Below, piece by piece: positions 1-9,721 of a DNA stretch of 64,000 nt. Positions within the stretch are counted from its first letter, which is position 1. Each line of letters starts with the position of its first letter. Source of the DNA: an uncultured Chloroflexia bacterium. Lineage in GTDB: Bacteria; Chloroflexota; Limnocylindria; Limnocylindrales; CSP1-4. The stretch lies in contig CAWFXA010000002.1 of assembly GCA_963819655.1 (NCBI GenBank), forward strand, positions 1,184,001 through 1,248,000, written 5' to 3'. A model generated the notes under the pieces. It was not told the origin of the DNA. It was given only the letters and a program-made list of their open reading frames with translations, and did not search any database. The position numbers were made by a program, and so were the translations under genes.

Positions 1-28
1 CACCCGCGTCTGACCCGCTTCCGGCTGT

Positions 29-57
29 TTGACCGACCCCGACCCCTCGGGTAGACT
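29..57 (+). promoter_or_regulatory. sigma70-type promoter for rpsU operon
   Basis: TTGACC (29-34), 17-bp spacer, TAGACT (52-57). Confidence 0.65.
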
Positions 58-160
58 CCGGCGGCTCTGGCGGCCCAGAACGTCGAGCGCGTATCCCGGT
101 CGGTCGGCCGCGCACCGGATACGAGAGCACGAGACCCAGGTCGGAGGAGGTGAACACCGA

Positions 161-346
161 TTGGCTGAAGTCCGAGTGGGGGAGAACGAGACGTTCGAAA
201 GCGCCCTGCGCCGCTTCAACAAGAAGATCCAGCAGAGCGGCATCCTCGCCGAGGCTCGCCGCCGCGAGCATTACGAGAAGCCCTCTGTGAAGCGCAAGCG
301 CAAGGAAGCGAAGCGCAAGAAGAACGCCCGAACGCAGGCCGGCTGA
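161..346 (+). CDS. rpsU: 30S ribosomal protein S21
   Basis: TTG start after SD GGAGGTGA; [46 protein letters not shown] is the S21 signature. Confidence 0.95.
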   Translation: MAEVRVGENETFESALRRFNKKIQQSGILAEARRREHYEKPSVKRKRKEAKRKKNARTQAG

Positions 347-420
347 GCGGAGACCATCCGCCGCCGGAATTCCTGCGGCCCCACGGGCGTCTCGCACGAC
401 CGCCCGAGGTAGCCATCCCG

Positions 421-900
421 GTGTCCCTTCGAGATCGAGTCCAGAACGACATCACCGCCGCGATGCGCGGGGGTGATTCGCTGCGCCGTGACGTCCTGCG
501 GATGGCCGCGAATGCCGCATACAACCTCGAGAAGCGCAACCAGAAGCCGCTCACCGAGGACGAGTTCCTGGCGGTCCTGACCCGCGAGGTCAAGACGCGT
601 CGCGAGTCGATCGACGCATATGAGAAGGGCGGTCGGGCAGACCTCGCGTCGAAGGAACAGGCGGAGGTCGACATCCTCAGCGAGTACCTGCCGCAGCCTC
701 TCAGCGAGGCAGACATCGGCGCGCTGGTCGACGAGGCGATCGCCGCGACAGGGGCATCGAGCGCCCGGGACATGGGCAAGGTCATGGGCTGGCTCGCTCC
801 GCGGACCCGCGGCCGCGCGGATGGCAAGGTCGTCAGTGGCCTGGTCGCGAGCGCGCTCGCCCGCGCCGACCTCGCCGTCCACGATGGCGGGACGCACTGA
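421..900 (+). CDS. yqeY: GatB/YqeY domain protein
   Basis: SLRDRVQNDITAAMR...K.RRESIDAYEKGGR.DL...E..IL.EYLPQ...DMGKVMG...GRADGK; usual position after rpsU. Confidence 0.92.
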   Translation: MSLRDRVQNDITAAMRGGDSLRRDVLRMAANAAYNLEKRNQKPLTEDEFLAVLTREVKTRRESIDAYEKGGRADLASKEQAEVDILSEYLPQPLSEADIGALVDEAIAATGASSARDMGKVMGWLAPRTRGRADGKVVSGLVASALARADLAVHDGGTH

Positions 901-3068
901 TGTTGACCCAGCGCGCCCCGGTCCTGGCCCGGTTCACGCGCAGCGATGCGATGCGCCTCGGGATCGCAGCGACGAGCCTCATCGTGGCCATGACGGCGAT
1001 CCTCGCCTTCGACATCCCGGCTGACCCCGTTCGCTACGAGCTCGGCGAGGTGGTCCGCGAGGACGTCACGGCACCGAAGGCGGTGTCGTTCGAGAGCCAG
1101 ACCCTCACCGAGGAGGCCCGCGCCGAAGCGCGCGCGGCCATCCCGCCCCAATACGACTTCACGGCCGATAACGCGATCGCCATCGCCAACGAAGCGGCGG
1201 CCGCCTTCACCGAGCGCGTTCGGCGCGTCGACACGGCGTTCGCGACCGACCTGACACCGGAGGAGCGCACCGCGCTGCTCGAGACGGCGATCGCCGGACT
1301 GAGCGAGACGTCGCAGGCCACCCTGCTCGCGATCGACGCGCCCCGCTGGGCGGCGGTCCGGACCGAGGCCGCGCGCGTCCTCGATGCCACGCTGCGCACG
1401 GAGCTGCGCGACACTCAGGTGGCCCCGACCCGGGCGACGATCGGGAGCCGGCTTGGTGGGGACCTCGACGAGGCCGAGCGGATGCTGGCGGCCGAGATCA
1501 TCGCGCCGCTCATCGTCCCGAACTCGTCGTTCGATCAGACCCTGACCGACCAGGCACGCGACCGCGCTGCCGAGAGCGTCCAGCCGGTCACGGTGCAGAT
1601 CGCGCAGGGCCAGGTGGTCGTGCGGAACGGGGAGCCGCTCACGGCCGCCGATCTCGAGGCCATCCAGGCGCTCGGGCTGGGCGAGGACGCGCCACTCGAC
1701 CTCGCCACGATCGCCGGCTGGTTCCTGCTGGCGGTGCTGACCGTGGCGATGCTGCTGGCCTGGATCTGGCGCTTCCGACCGACGCTCTGGCACCGCGACA
1801 ACGTGTTGCTGCTGGTCGGACTCCTCCTCGTCGGTACGACCCTCGCCCTCAAGGTGACGGCCGGTCGCGAGGTCCTCGGCTACTTCCTGCCGACGGCCGC
1901 GATCGGGATGCTGCTCGCGATCCTGCTCGACGCTTCGATCGCGACGATCGTGATCGGCATCATCGCTGTGATCGGTGGAGCGCTGGCCGGCACATCGCTC
2001 GAGTACGCGAGCTACATTTTCCTCGGCGGCCTGGCCGGGATCGTCGCGGTCCGCAAGGGCGACCGACTCCAGGTGTTCGTCCAGGCGGCGATCGCCGTCT
2101 TCGTCGTCAATGCCCTCGTCGTGTCGGTCTTCTCGTTGCTCGGGACGACCGACATCCGCGGTGTCCTGGAACTGTGGTTCGCATCGTTCGTGTCCGCGGC
2201 CGGCTCGTCCGTCGCGGCGGTCGGCACGTTCGCGGTCCTTGGCTCGGCGTTCGGGATCCTGACCGTGTTCCAGCTGCTCGAGCTAGCGAACCCGTCGCAA
2301 CCATTGCTGCGACGGCTCCTCGTCGAGACGCCCGGGACCTATCACCACTCGCTGATGGTCGGGAACCTCGCGGAACGAGCTGCCGAAGCGATCGGTGCGG
2401 ACCCGCTGGTGACCCGTGTCGCCGCCTACTACCACGACGTCGGCAAGCTCGCGAACCCACTCGCGTTCATCGAGAACCAGGCCGGCGCCGAGAACATCCA
2501 CGACCAGCTCGAGCCCGAAGTCAGCGCCCAGATCCTCAAGCAGCACGTCGCGGACGGCATCGACGCCGCGTACGCGGCGAGACTGCCCAAGGCGCTGATC
2601 GCCTACATCCCGCAGCACCACGGCACGGCGGTCATGAGCTACTTCTACGCGCGCGCCCGAGAACGCGCGGCTGAGCCGTACGGAGGACTGAACACCAAAG
2701 AGGGCGCTGCTGCGGCCGCGGCTGTCGACGAACGGAAGTTCCGACACGCCGGCCCGAAGCCGCAGACCCGCGAGGCGGCCCTGATCATGCTCGCCGACAG
2801 CGTCGAAGCCTCGGTCCGATCGCTTGCGTCGCGGGAGGAACCGGCGATCCGGGCGATGGTCGGGCGGATCATCGACGAGCGCATCGCGGACGGTCAGTTC
2901 GACGAATGCGAGATCACGCTGCGCGACCTCGAGCGGATCAAGAACGCGTTCGTCGAGCAGCTGCTCGGCATGTACCACACGCGGATCGCGTACCCGCAGA
3001 ACACGGTCGTGGAGCTGGAGTCGCGCCGCGCGGCCGCCGGCGCCGGGGGCGACCGACCCGCGTCGTGA
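900..3068 (+). CDS. 7TM-HD family phosphohydrolase (PgpH-like cyclic-di-AMP phosphodiesterase)
   Basis: Extracellular domain, multi-TM block, HD domain (PGTYHHS, YYHDVGK, QHHGT, GPKPQTRE, MLADSVEA); upstream of ybeY. Confidence 0.88.
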   Translation: MLTQRAPVLARFTRSDAMRLGIAATSLIVAMTAILAFDIPADPVRYELGEVVREDVTAPKAVSFESQTLTEEARAEARAAIPPQYDFTADNAIAIANEAAAAFTERVRRVDTAFATDLTPEERTALLETAIAGLSETSQATLLAIDAPRWAAVRTEAARVLDATLRTELRDTQVAPTRATIGSRLGGDLDEAERMLAAEIIAPLIVPNSSFDQTLTDQARDRAAESVQPVTVQIAQGQVVVRNGEPLTAADLEAIQALGLGEDAPLDLATIAGWFLLAVLTVAMLLAWIWRFRPTLWHRDNVLLLVGLLLVGTTLALKVTAGREVLGYFLPTAAIGMLLAILLDASIATIVIGIIAVIGGALAGTSLEYASYIFLGGLAGIVAVRKGDRLQVFVQAAIAVFVVNALVVSVFSLLGTTDIRGVLELWFASFVSAAGSSVAAVGTFAVLGSAFGILTVFQLLELANPSQPLLRRLLVETPGTYHHSLMVGNLAERAAEAIGADPLVTRVAAYYHDVGKLANPLAFIENQAGAENIHDQLEPEVSAQILKQHVADGIDAAYAARLPKALIAYIPQHHGTAVMSYFYARARERAAEPYGGLNTKEGAAAAAAVDERKFRHAGPKPQTREAALIMLADSVEASVRSLASREEPAIRAMVGRIIDERIADGQFDECEITLRDLERIKNAFVEQLLGMYHTRIAYPQNTVVELESRRAAAGAGGDRPAS

Positions 3069-3595
3069 CCCGGTCGATCTACCGCCCGCCGTGGCGGATC
3101 GACGTGGTCGTGCGCGACGGCGTCCGGTCGCCGGTCGCGGGTGCCACGCTCGCGCGGACCGTTGCGGCGGCGCTCGACCAGGTCGCTGCTCCATCGCCCG
3201 CGTCGATCGGGCTGATCCTGACGGACGACACCGAGCTTGCGGTGCTGAACGCTGCCCACATGGGCAAGCGAGGACCGACCGACGTCCTGTCGTTTCCGCT
3301 GCTCCCCCCATCCGCCTTCGCGCGCGGGGCGTCTGCGCCGGCCGTCCCGCGCCCGCCCGGGACTCGCATCCACCTCGGCGACGTCGTCGTGTCGGTCGAG
3401 CGGGCGATCGAGCAGGCCGAGACCGGCCGTGGCGGCCAGACCGGCGATATCCGATGGTCCCCGGCGCAAGAGTTGCGCCTGCTCGTCACCCACGGCGTGC
3501 TCCATGTCTGCGGCTGGGACCATGCCTCACCGGACGAGGAAGCCGCGATGCGGGCCGTCGAGCAGCGACTGCTCGGGTCCGGACTCAGGCGGTGA
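3065..3595 (+). CDS. ybeY: rRNA maturation endoribonuclease YbeY
   Basis: GTG overlaps upstream TGA; LNAAHMGKRGPTDVLSFP, HLGDVVVS, HGVLHVCGWDH zinc motif. Confidence 0.9.
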   Translation: MTRSIYRPPWRIDVVVRDGVRSPVAGATLARTVAAALDQVAAPSPASIGLILTDDTELAVLNAAHMGKRGPTDVLSFPLLPPSAFARGASAPAVPRPPGTRIHLGDVVVSVERAIEQAETGRGGQTGDIRWSPAQELRLLVTHGVLHVCGWDHASPDEEAAMRAVEQRLLGSGLRR

Positions 3596-4034
3596 TCTCG
3601 GGCAGGCCGTCTTCCATCAGGACCGGTTGCGGCAGGATGCTGGTGAGGAATGCAAGTCGCCGCAGCCCGTCATGGACCTGCAATGGGTCGTAGGGCAGTG
3701 CCATCGCTTCGAGCTCCCGATGGATCGATCGGGCGATCCGAGTGGCCTGGAGGCCCGGCAGCGTCGGGCGGAGATAGCGCGTTCGCCGATCCCGTCGCGA
3801 GGGCTCGCTCCGGATGTAGCCACGATCGACGAGTCTTGCCACCAGGCTGGTGAAGGTCGACTGCCGCATCCCAAGCTTTCGTCGGATCGCGGCGGCTGTT
3901 GCGCGTTCGTCCTCGAAGGCAGAGGCGAGGACCAGGTACTCGCTCGCAGAGAGGCCTGTCTCTACGATGTGGTCCCCGACGCGATGGGCAAGCTCATTGC
4001 GGGCTTTCGTCAGGGTGGTGAGGTAGTGCGGCAT
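3585..4034 (-). CDS. MarR family transcriptional regulator
   Basis: SD AGGAG before ATG; winged helix STFTSLVARLVDRGYIRSEPSRRDRRTRYLRPT. Confidence 0.8.
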   Translation of the reverse strand: MPHYLTTLTKARNELAHRVGDHIVETGLSASEYLVLASAFEDERATAAAIRRKLGMRQSTFTSLVARLVDRGYIRSEPSRRDRRTRYLRPTLPGLQATRIARSIHRELEAMALPYDPLQVHDGLRRLAFLTSILPQPVLMEDGLPEITA

Positions 4035-4094
4035 CGGTCGATCTCCTGATTCTTCACCTGGCCGACAAGCGCTCCGGCGCCCTCGCCGCCAACC

Positions 4095-4251
4095 ATTGCG
4101 CCGAAATCGGCGCATCAGATGTCGAGATTGGCAGGCGACGCTCACCAGCCACTCATCGGAAGCTCACGCCGCGTTCGATCGCGCTAGCCAGGGCGCGAAC
4201 GTTGCCGATCCGGCGCGATGCAAGGTCGAGATGCGACGAAATCGGCGCATC
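4095..4251. repeat. Pair of 22-bp palindromes (consensus GATGCGACGA-AA-TCGGCGCATC) at 4095-4116 and 4230-4251
   Basis: Read directly; same motif recurs as a pair at 58040-58177. Confidence 0.8.
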
Positions 4252-4297
4252 AGTCGGGAGGACGGCTCCCCGGGTGCTTGGTGGGCGGCGGAACTCG

Positions 4298-5041
4298 ATG
4301 GGCCGTCGCCTCGTCGAAGCCGATGATGGTCGTTTGAGACGTCTCGCCTGGGTGATGCCCGCTGTGTTGCTCCTCGCCAGCTGCGCAACGTCGTCATCAT
4401 CCTCGCTCGAGCCGCCAGGCGAGCCGCCGCTCGCGGGGGAGATCCGCTACAGCTGCGGCGGACCGCCAGGGTTCCTGCCGTCCCTCCTCGATCAGGAGCC
4501 GAACGCCGAGCTCGAGTCGCACCCGTCTGCGGAAGCTCTCCGCCAGACGATTGCCAGGAACGAGCTCGAGACGGACATCCTGCCGAAGAGCGGCTACTGG
4601 CTGGCATCCCGTGATGCCTCGAGCGCCCAGTACATCGCCCGCGGCCCGGGCGCGGACGATCCCCAGTTCGTCGAGGCGACCTTCAACAACGAAAGGGCCA
4701 CCTGGACGCTTGCCGGCTGGGGTCCTTGCCAGCCGACGATCGTCCTCGATGGGCTCAGCCTGGCTACCTGGACCCTCGACCCGGAGCTGCCGCTGCCGAC
4801 CGAACGCACCTGTACCGGCGCCCAGCCGATGCTCGGTCGACTGCTGCCGCCATCCATCACCTACGGCGCCGGGTCGATCAGCCTCGTCTTCGCGGCCAGA
4901 CCGTTGGAAGGCGACATGTTCACGTGCCCGGGCAACCCGTCGACGCGCGTCACCGTCGAGCTGCGTGAGCCGCTCGGCGACCGCCGCCTTCTCGACGCAG
5001 GCCTCTTCCCGCCACGCGACGCGAGCCTCCCACCGACCTGA
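4298..5041 (+). CDS. Putative lipoprotein, Cys-containing, unknown function (start could be 4355)
   Basis: Lipobox LLLASC followed by Ser-rich linker; C...CPGNP motif near C-terminus. Confidence 0.65.
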   Translation: MGRRLVEADDGRLRRLAWVMPAVLLLASCATSSSSSLEPPGEPPLAGEIRYSCGGPPGFLPSLLDQEPNAELESHPSAEALRQTIARNELETDILPKSGYWLASRDASSAQYIARGPGADDPQFVEATFNNERATWTLAGWGPCQPTIVLDGLSLATWTLDPELPLPTERTCTGAQPMLGRLLPPSITYGAGSISLVFAARPLEGDMFTCPGNPSTRVTVELREPLGDRRLLDAGLFPPRDASLPPT

Positions 5042-5186
5042 TCCGCGCGGGGCGATGCGCCCGCGGGCGCGCCGCGCCGGGTACCATCGGCCTTCGGCCC
5101 TCCCGCCGACCTCCCGGCGACACTGCGTCGCCCCCGTCGGACGGGATTCGGGCCACATCGTGCTGTCCGTCGCTGGTGGAGGAGCG

Positions 5187-5882
5187 TTGAAAGTCGTCGT
5201 CGGTCTCGGCAATCCAGGTTCGCAATACGCCGGGACGCGCCACAACATCGGCTGGCTCGTGCTCGACCGCATCGCGGAGCGGGCCGGCTGGTCCGGGCGC
5301 GGCCGGCAACGCGATTCCTCCAACGTCGCGCACGGCCGCTACAACGGCCTGGACCTGACCCTCGTGAAGCCCCTGACCTGGATGAACGACTCGGGCATCG
5401 CTGTCCGCAAGGTCCTCGCCCGGGAGCATGCGCCAATGTCCGACGTGCTGATCGTCGCCGACGACTTCGCGCTTCCTTTCGGGAAGCTCCGGTTCCGCGA
5501 GTCGGGCAGCCACGGCGGCCACAACGGTCTGCGCTCCATCGTCGACGAGCTCGGGACCGAGAAGTTCAGCCGTCTTCGGGTCGGCATCGGCGATCCGGCA
5601 CGGAACGCCCGGGACCACGTGCTGTCGCGATTCGAGCCGGACGAGGCGCAGCGGCTCGACGAGCTGCTCGACGCGGCGGCCGACGCAGTCGAGGCGTGGG
5701 CCCGTGACGGCACCAGCAAGGCGGCCAACCGCTTCAACACGTTCCAGCTCCGCGAGGCCGACCTGACCCGCCTGGCGCCAGCCGGTGAGATCGATGGCCC
5801 ACCGGACGAGAAGGGCATCCGCCGGACGAGGACGGGTTGGCGCCGCGTCCTTCCGGGCCGCGACCGAGCGTCCGATGCCTGA
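5187..5882 (+). CDS. pth: Peptidyl-tRNA hydrolase with C-terminal extension
   Basis: SD GGAGGAG then TTG; VVGLGNPGSQYAGTRHNIG, KPLTWMNDSG, GSHGGHNGLRSI, RLRVGIG. Confidence 0.95.
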   Translation: MKVVVGLGNPGSQYAGTRHNIGWLVLDRIAERAGWSGRGRQRDSSNVAHGRYNGLDLTLVKPLTWMNDSGIAVRKVLAREHAPMSDVLIVADDFALPFGKLRFRESGSHGGHNGLRSIVDELGTEKFSRLRVGIGDPARNARDHVLSRFEPDEAQRLDELLDAAADAVEAWARDGTSKAANRFNTFQLREADLTRLAPAGEIDGPPDEKGIRRTRTGWRRVLPGRDRASDA

Positions 5883-8800
5883 GTCGACCAGGCCGCCCCT
5901 CCGCGGTCGACGCGGACGGGACCGGCGGATCGCCGAGAAGGTCGCCGCCGACTTCGCCGCGCGCCATGCGCCCGTCCGGGACGACGAGGCAGTCGATTTC
6001 GACGTCGCCGGGGTGGACGCCGAGGTCGACGCTGCGCGTCGCGATGAGACCCGGCAGGCGGCGAGATCGAAGCCGAAATCCCGCCAAGCGGACGAGCGCC
6101 CGCGATCGGGACACCGGCTCCCGGACCTCTCGGCGCTCCCGCCCCTCCTCGCCGCGACCGGCTCGTTCGCAACGCTCCGCGAGCGGCTCGGGACGCCGGC
6201 CGATCTCGGGCGGGTCGGCCGTCACGCGAGCGTCGTCGCCGTCCCGCATGGCGCGAAGTCATACCTCGCAGCCGCGCTGGCCATCGACGAACGCATCGTC
6301 TGGATCGCGCGCGACGCAGAGATCGGCGATCGGGTCTCCGAGGAGCTGCAGGCGTGGATCGGCGATCCCTCGGTGGTCGCCGTCCTGGAGCCGCGGACGG
6401 CCCTCGCGTACGAACGGAGCGAGCTCGTGGCCGACGAAACGGCGGCGAGGGTCGCGGCCCTGGCCGCCTGGCGACACGGGCAGGCGCGTGTCCTGGTGGC
6501 GAGCGTGCAGGCGCTCCTCCAGCACACGATCGACCCTGAGGACCTGCCTGACGAGGCGCGCGAGCTCCGGGTCGGAGCGCGACTCCATCAGGACACGCTC
6601 CTGCGCGACCTCTTCGACCTCGGCTACAGCCCGGTCACCGAGGTCGCCGGCAGGGGCGAGTTCGCGCGCCGCGGCGGCATCGTCGACGTGTTCCCGCCGT
6701 CGATGGAGCTGCCGATCCGGATCGAGTTCTTCGGCGACGAGATCGACTCGCTGCGTGCCTTCGATCCGACCGACCAGCGGACGACCGGCAGGGTCGAGCG
6801 GGCTGTCCTTCTCCCCGCGTCGGAGTTCCTCCTGCCGACGACGGGTGCCTCCGCGATCCGCGACCGTCTCGGGCGCGCCGCGTCCCGTCTGCCCGAGCGG
6901 CTCGCGACCGACCTGTCGCGGTTCGAGGGCGAGACCGATGACCCATTGCGGCCCGACGCCGCGCACGCCGATGTGTCGCGAGCGCTTGCGGTCGGCGATG
7001 CGGCGGAGGTGTGGGCCGCCCACCTCGCTCCGGCGACCGGCCTCGACCACATCGACCCGGGAACGGTCCTCGTCCTCGACGAGCCGGGCGACATCGCCGA
7101 GGCGGCCGGGTTCCTGTGGCGTCAGGCGAACGAGCGCCGGGCCGAGCTGGTCGAGGCGGGGGAGCTGCCAAAGGACTGGCCGTCGACCTACCTGCAGCCG
7201 CGCGACTGGAAGGGCCGCCTGGTCGCGTCGCGGACCCTCGAGCTGACGTGGGAGTCGGAGCCGCCCGCCGACGTCGCGATGGCTTCCGGCGCTCGCAGAT
7301 CGGGCGATCTGTTCGGCTGGCGGGAGCCGACGCTGCCGCTCGGGCGCGCCGGCCGGCTGACCGATGCGGTCGAGACCTGGCGTGAGGACGGCGCGCGGAT
7401 CGTCCTCGCGTCGGATCAGGCACCACGCCTGGCCGAGATCCTCGACGAGGCCGGGCACAGCGTCGCCGTCGTCGATCGACTGAACGAGGCGCCGCCGCCC
7501 GGTGCGATCGCGCTCGTGGGCCGGAGCCTGAACGGCGGGTTCGGTGGCGGCCCGGACGGTGTCACGTTCGTCACCGACCGCGAGCTGTTCGGCACGGTCC
7601 GCGTTCGCCGGCCGAAGGCCCTGCGGCGGGTCGTACCGCGCGACATCCTCGAACGGCTGACGCCGGGCGATCTCGTCGTCCACATCGATCATGGCGTCGC
7701 GCGGTACGAGCAGATGCTGCGGCGCGGCGGGTCGGGCGAGGAGCGCGACTACCTCGAGCTGTCGTTCGCCGGCGGCGACCGGATCTTCGTGCCCGTCGAA
7801 CAGATCGGCAGGGTCACGCGGTACGCTGGCGGCGAGCGGCCGGCGCTGAGCAAGCTCGGGGGGACCGAGTGGCTGCGCGCCAAGCAGCGGGTGCGCAACG
7901 CCGTCGCCGAGCTCGCCGAGGAGCTCCTGGCTCTGTATGCGGCCCGGTCGAACGCCGATGGGTACAAGTTCTCGCCCGATACGCCCTGGCAGTCCGAGAT
8001 GGAGGCGTCGTTCCCGTACGAGGAGACGATCGACCAGCTGCGGGCGACCGCGGAGGTCAAGGCCGATATGGAACGCTCCGTGCCGATGGACCGGCTGGTG
8101 GTGGGCGATGTCGGCTACGGCAAGACGGAGGTCGCGCTGCGGGGGGCGTTCAAGGCCACCCAGGACGACAAGCAGGTCGCGGTGCTCGTGCCGACGACCG
8201 TGCTCGCGGCGCAACACCACGCGACGTTCGGCCAGCGCTTCGCGGCCTTCCCGCTCGAGGTCCGGATCCTGTCGCGATTCGTCTCGACGAAGGACCAGGC
8301 CGCGACGATCGCCGGACTGGGCGATGGGAGCGTGGACGTCGTGATCGGCACGCACCGGTTGCTATCGAAGGACGTCCGGTTCAGGGATCTCGGTCTGGTC
8401 GTGGTCGATGAGGAGCAGCGCTTCGGCGTGGCGGCGAAGGAGAAGTTGAAGCAGCTCCGCCGAGAGGTCGACGTGCTGACGCTCTCGGCGACGCCCATCC
8501 CGCGGACGCTCAACCTGGCGATGGCCGGTATCCGCGACCTGTCGGTGATCGAGACCCCGCCCGAGGACCGCCTGCCGATCCAGACGCGCGTCGCCGAAGC
8601 ATCGGCCGGCCTTGTGCGGGACGCGATCCTGCGCGAGCTCGATCGCGGCGGCCAGGTGTTCTACGTCCACAACCGTGTCGAGACGATCGAGGCACAGGCC
8701 GAGCAGCTCCGTCGCCTGCTGCCCGACGCGCGGTTCGTCGTGGGACATGGCCAGATGCCGGAGGGCGCCCTCGAGAAGGTGATGATCGCATTCGCTGCCG

Positions 8801-9678
8801 GCGAAGCCGACGTCCTCGTCTCGACGACGATCATCGAATCCGGGCTCGACATCCCGAATGCCAACACGATCATCATCGATCGCGCGGACACGCTCGGGTT
8901 GGCGCAGCTCTATCAGCTCCGCGGGCGGGTCGGTCGGTCGTCGCGACGGGCCTATGCGTACCTCCTGTATCGGCGGCGGGAGCGGCTGTCGGACGAGGCC
9001 CGCAAGCGCCTGCAGGCGATCTTCAACGCATCGGAGCTCGGCGCCGGGTTCCAGATCGCGCTGTCCGACCTCGAGATCCGGGGCGCGGGCAACATCCTGG
9101 GCGGCGAGCAGTCGGGTCACATGGCAGCGGTCGGCTTCGACCTCTACTCGCGGATGCTGGCCGAGGCGGTCGAGGCCCAGAAGGCATCGCGCGAGGGCCG
9201 GGCGCCGATCGTCGAGGCGCCGCAGGCCGTGGTCGACCTGCCAGTCGATGCGCATCTGCCCGACGACTACGTGCCCGACGTGGCGCAGAAGCTCGAGCTG
9301 TATCGGCGGTTGGCGCGCGCCCGGTCGGCCGGCGACGTGGCTGCCTTCCGCCAGGAGGTCATGGATCGGTACGGTCCGATGCCGGCATCGGTGACGCGAC
9401 TGGTCGAGGTCGCGGAGCTGCGACTGGCGGCAGAAAGGGCAGGCGTGTCGTCGATCTCGCGCGAGGAGGGTCGCCTGGTCGTGCGATTCGGGTCGGGGCT
9501 GACGCGCGCGGCAGCGATGCGGCTCCTCGGGGATGGGGGATTGCCGGGCGTCCGTCCCGCCGACGTGACGTTCGCCTCGAACCAGGTCCGCATCCGCGTG
9601 CCGACCGGTCCGGGTCGCGCGTGGCAGTTGACCCAGGCCGTGGTCGCCCGGCTGGGAGCGGAGTCTCCACGGGCGTGA
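5875..9678 (+). CDS. mfd: Transcription-repair coupling factor
   Basis: GEFARRGGIVDVFP, GDLVVHIDHGVARY, GDVGYGKTEVA, DEEQRFGV, SATPIPRTL, QLRGRVGRS, DLEIRGAGNILG; start uncertain. Confidence 0.96.
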   Translation: MPESTRPPLRGRRGRDRRIAEKVAADFAARHAPVRDDEAVDFDVAGVDAEVDAARRDETRQAARSKPKSRQADERPRSGHRLPDLSALPPLLAATGSFATLRERLGTPADLGRVGRHASVVAVPHGAKSYLAAALAIDERIVWIARDAEIGDRVSEELQAWIGDPSVVAVLEPRTALAYERSELVADETAARVAALAAWRHGQARVLVASVQALLQHTIDPEDLPDEARELRVGARLHQDTLLRDLFDLGYSPVTEVAGRGEFARRGGIVDVFPPSMELPIRIEFFGDEIDSLRAFDPTDQRTTGRVERAVLLPASEFLLPTTGASAIRDRLGRAASRLPERLATDLSRFEGETDDPLRPDAAHADVSRALAVGDAAEVWAAHLAPATGLDHIDPGTVLVLDEPGDIAEAAGFLWRQANERRAELVEAGELPKDWPSTYLQPRDWKGRLVASRTLELTWESEPPADVAMASGARRSGDLFGWREPTLPLGRAGRLTDAVETWREDGARIVLASDQAPRLAEILDEAGHSVAVVDRLNEAPPPGAIALVGRSLNGGFGGGPDGVTFVTDRELFGTVRVRRPKALRRVVPRDILERLTPGDLVVHIDHGVARYEQMLRRGGSGEERDYLELSFAGGDRIFVPVEQIGRVTRYAGGERPALSKLGGTEWLRAKQRVRNAVAELAEELLALYAARSNADGYKFSPDTPWQSEMEASFPYEETIDQLRATAEVKADMERSVPMDRLVVGDVGYGKTEVALRGAFKATQDDKQVAVLVPTTVLAAQHHATFGQRFAAFPLEVRILSRFVSTKDQAATIAGLGDGSVDVVIGTHRLLSKDVRFRDLGLVVVDEEQRFGVAAKEKLKQLRREVDVLTLSATPIPRTLNLAMAGIRDLSVIETPPEDRLPIQTRVAEASAGLVRDAILRELDRGGQVFYVHNRVETIEAQAEQLRRLLPDARFVVGHGQMPEGALEKVMIAFAAGEADVLVSTTIIESGLDIPNANTIIIDRADTLGLAQLYQLRGRVGRSSRRAYAYLLYRRRERLSDEARKRLQAIFNASELGAGFQIALSDLEIRGAGNILGGEQSGHMAAVGFDLYSRMLAEAVEAQKASREGRAPIVEAPQAVVDLPVDAHLPDDYVPDVAQKLELYRRLARARSAGDVAAFRQEVMDRYGPMPASVTRLVEVAELRLAAERAGVSSISREEGRLVVRFGSGLTRAAAMRLLGDGGLPGVRPADVTFASNQVRIRVPTGPGRAWQLTQAVVARLGAESPRA

Positions 9679-9721
9679 GGGCGCGGAGGCACGCGACCGG
9701 GAACCCGGGCAAACTTGGACC

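Noticed and set aside
161-3595. rpsU-yqeY-PgpH-like-ybeY cluster as a novelty
   Set aside because: A well-known conserved neighbourhood.
4095-4251. Palindrome pairs as a mini-CRISPR
   Set aside because: Only two repeats per locus, spacers of about 95-115 bp, and no cas genes in the window.
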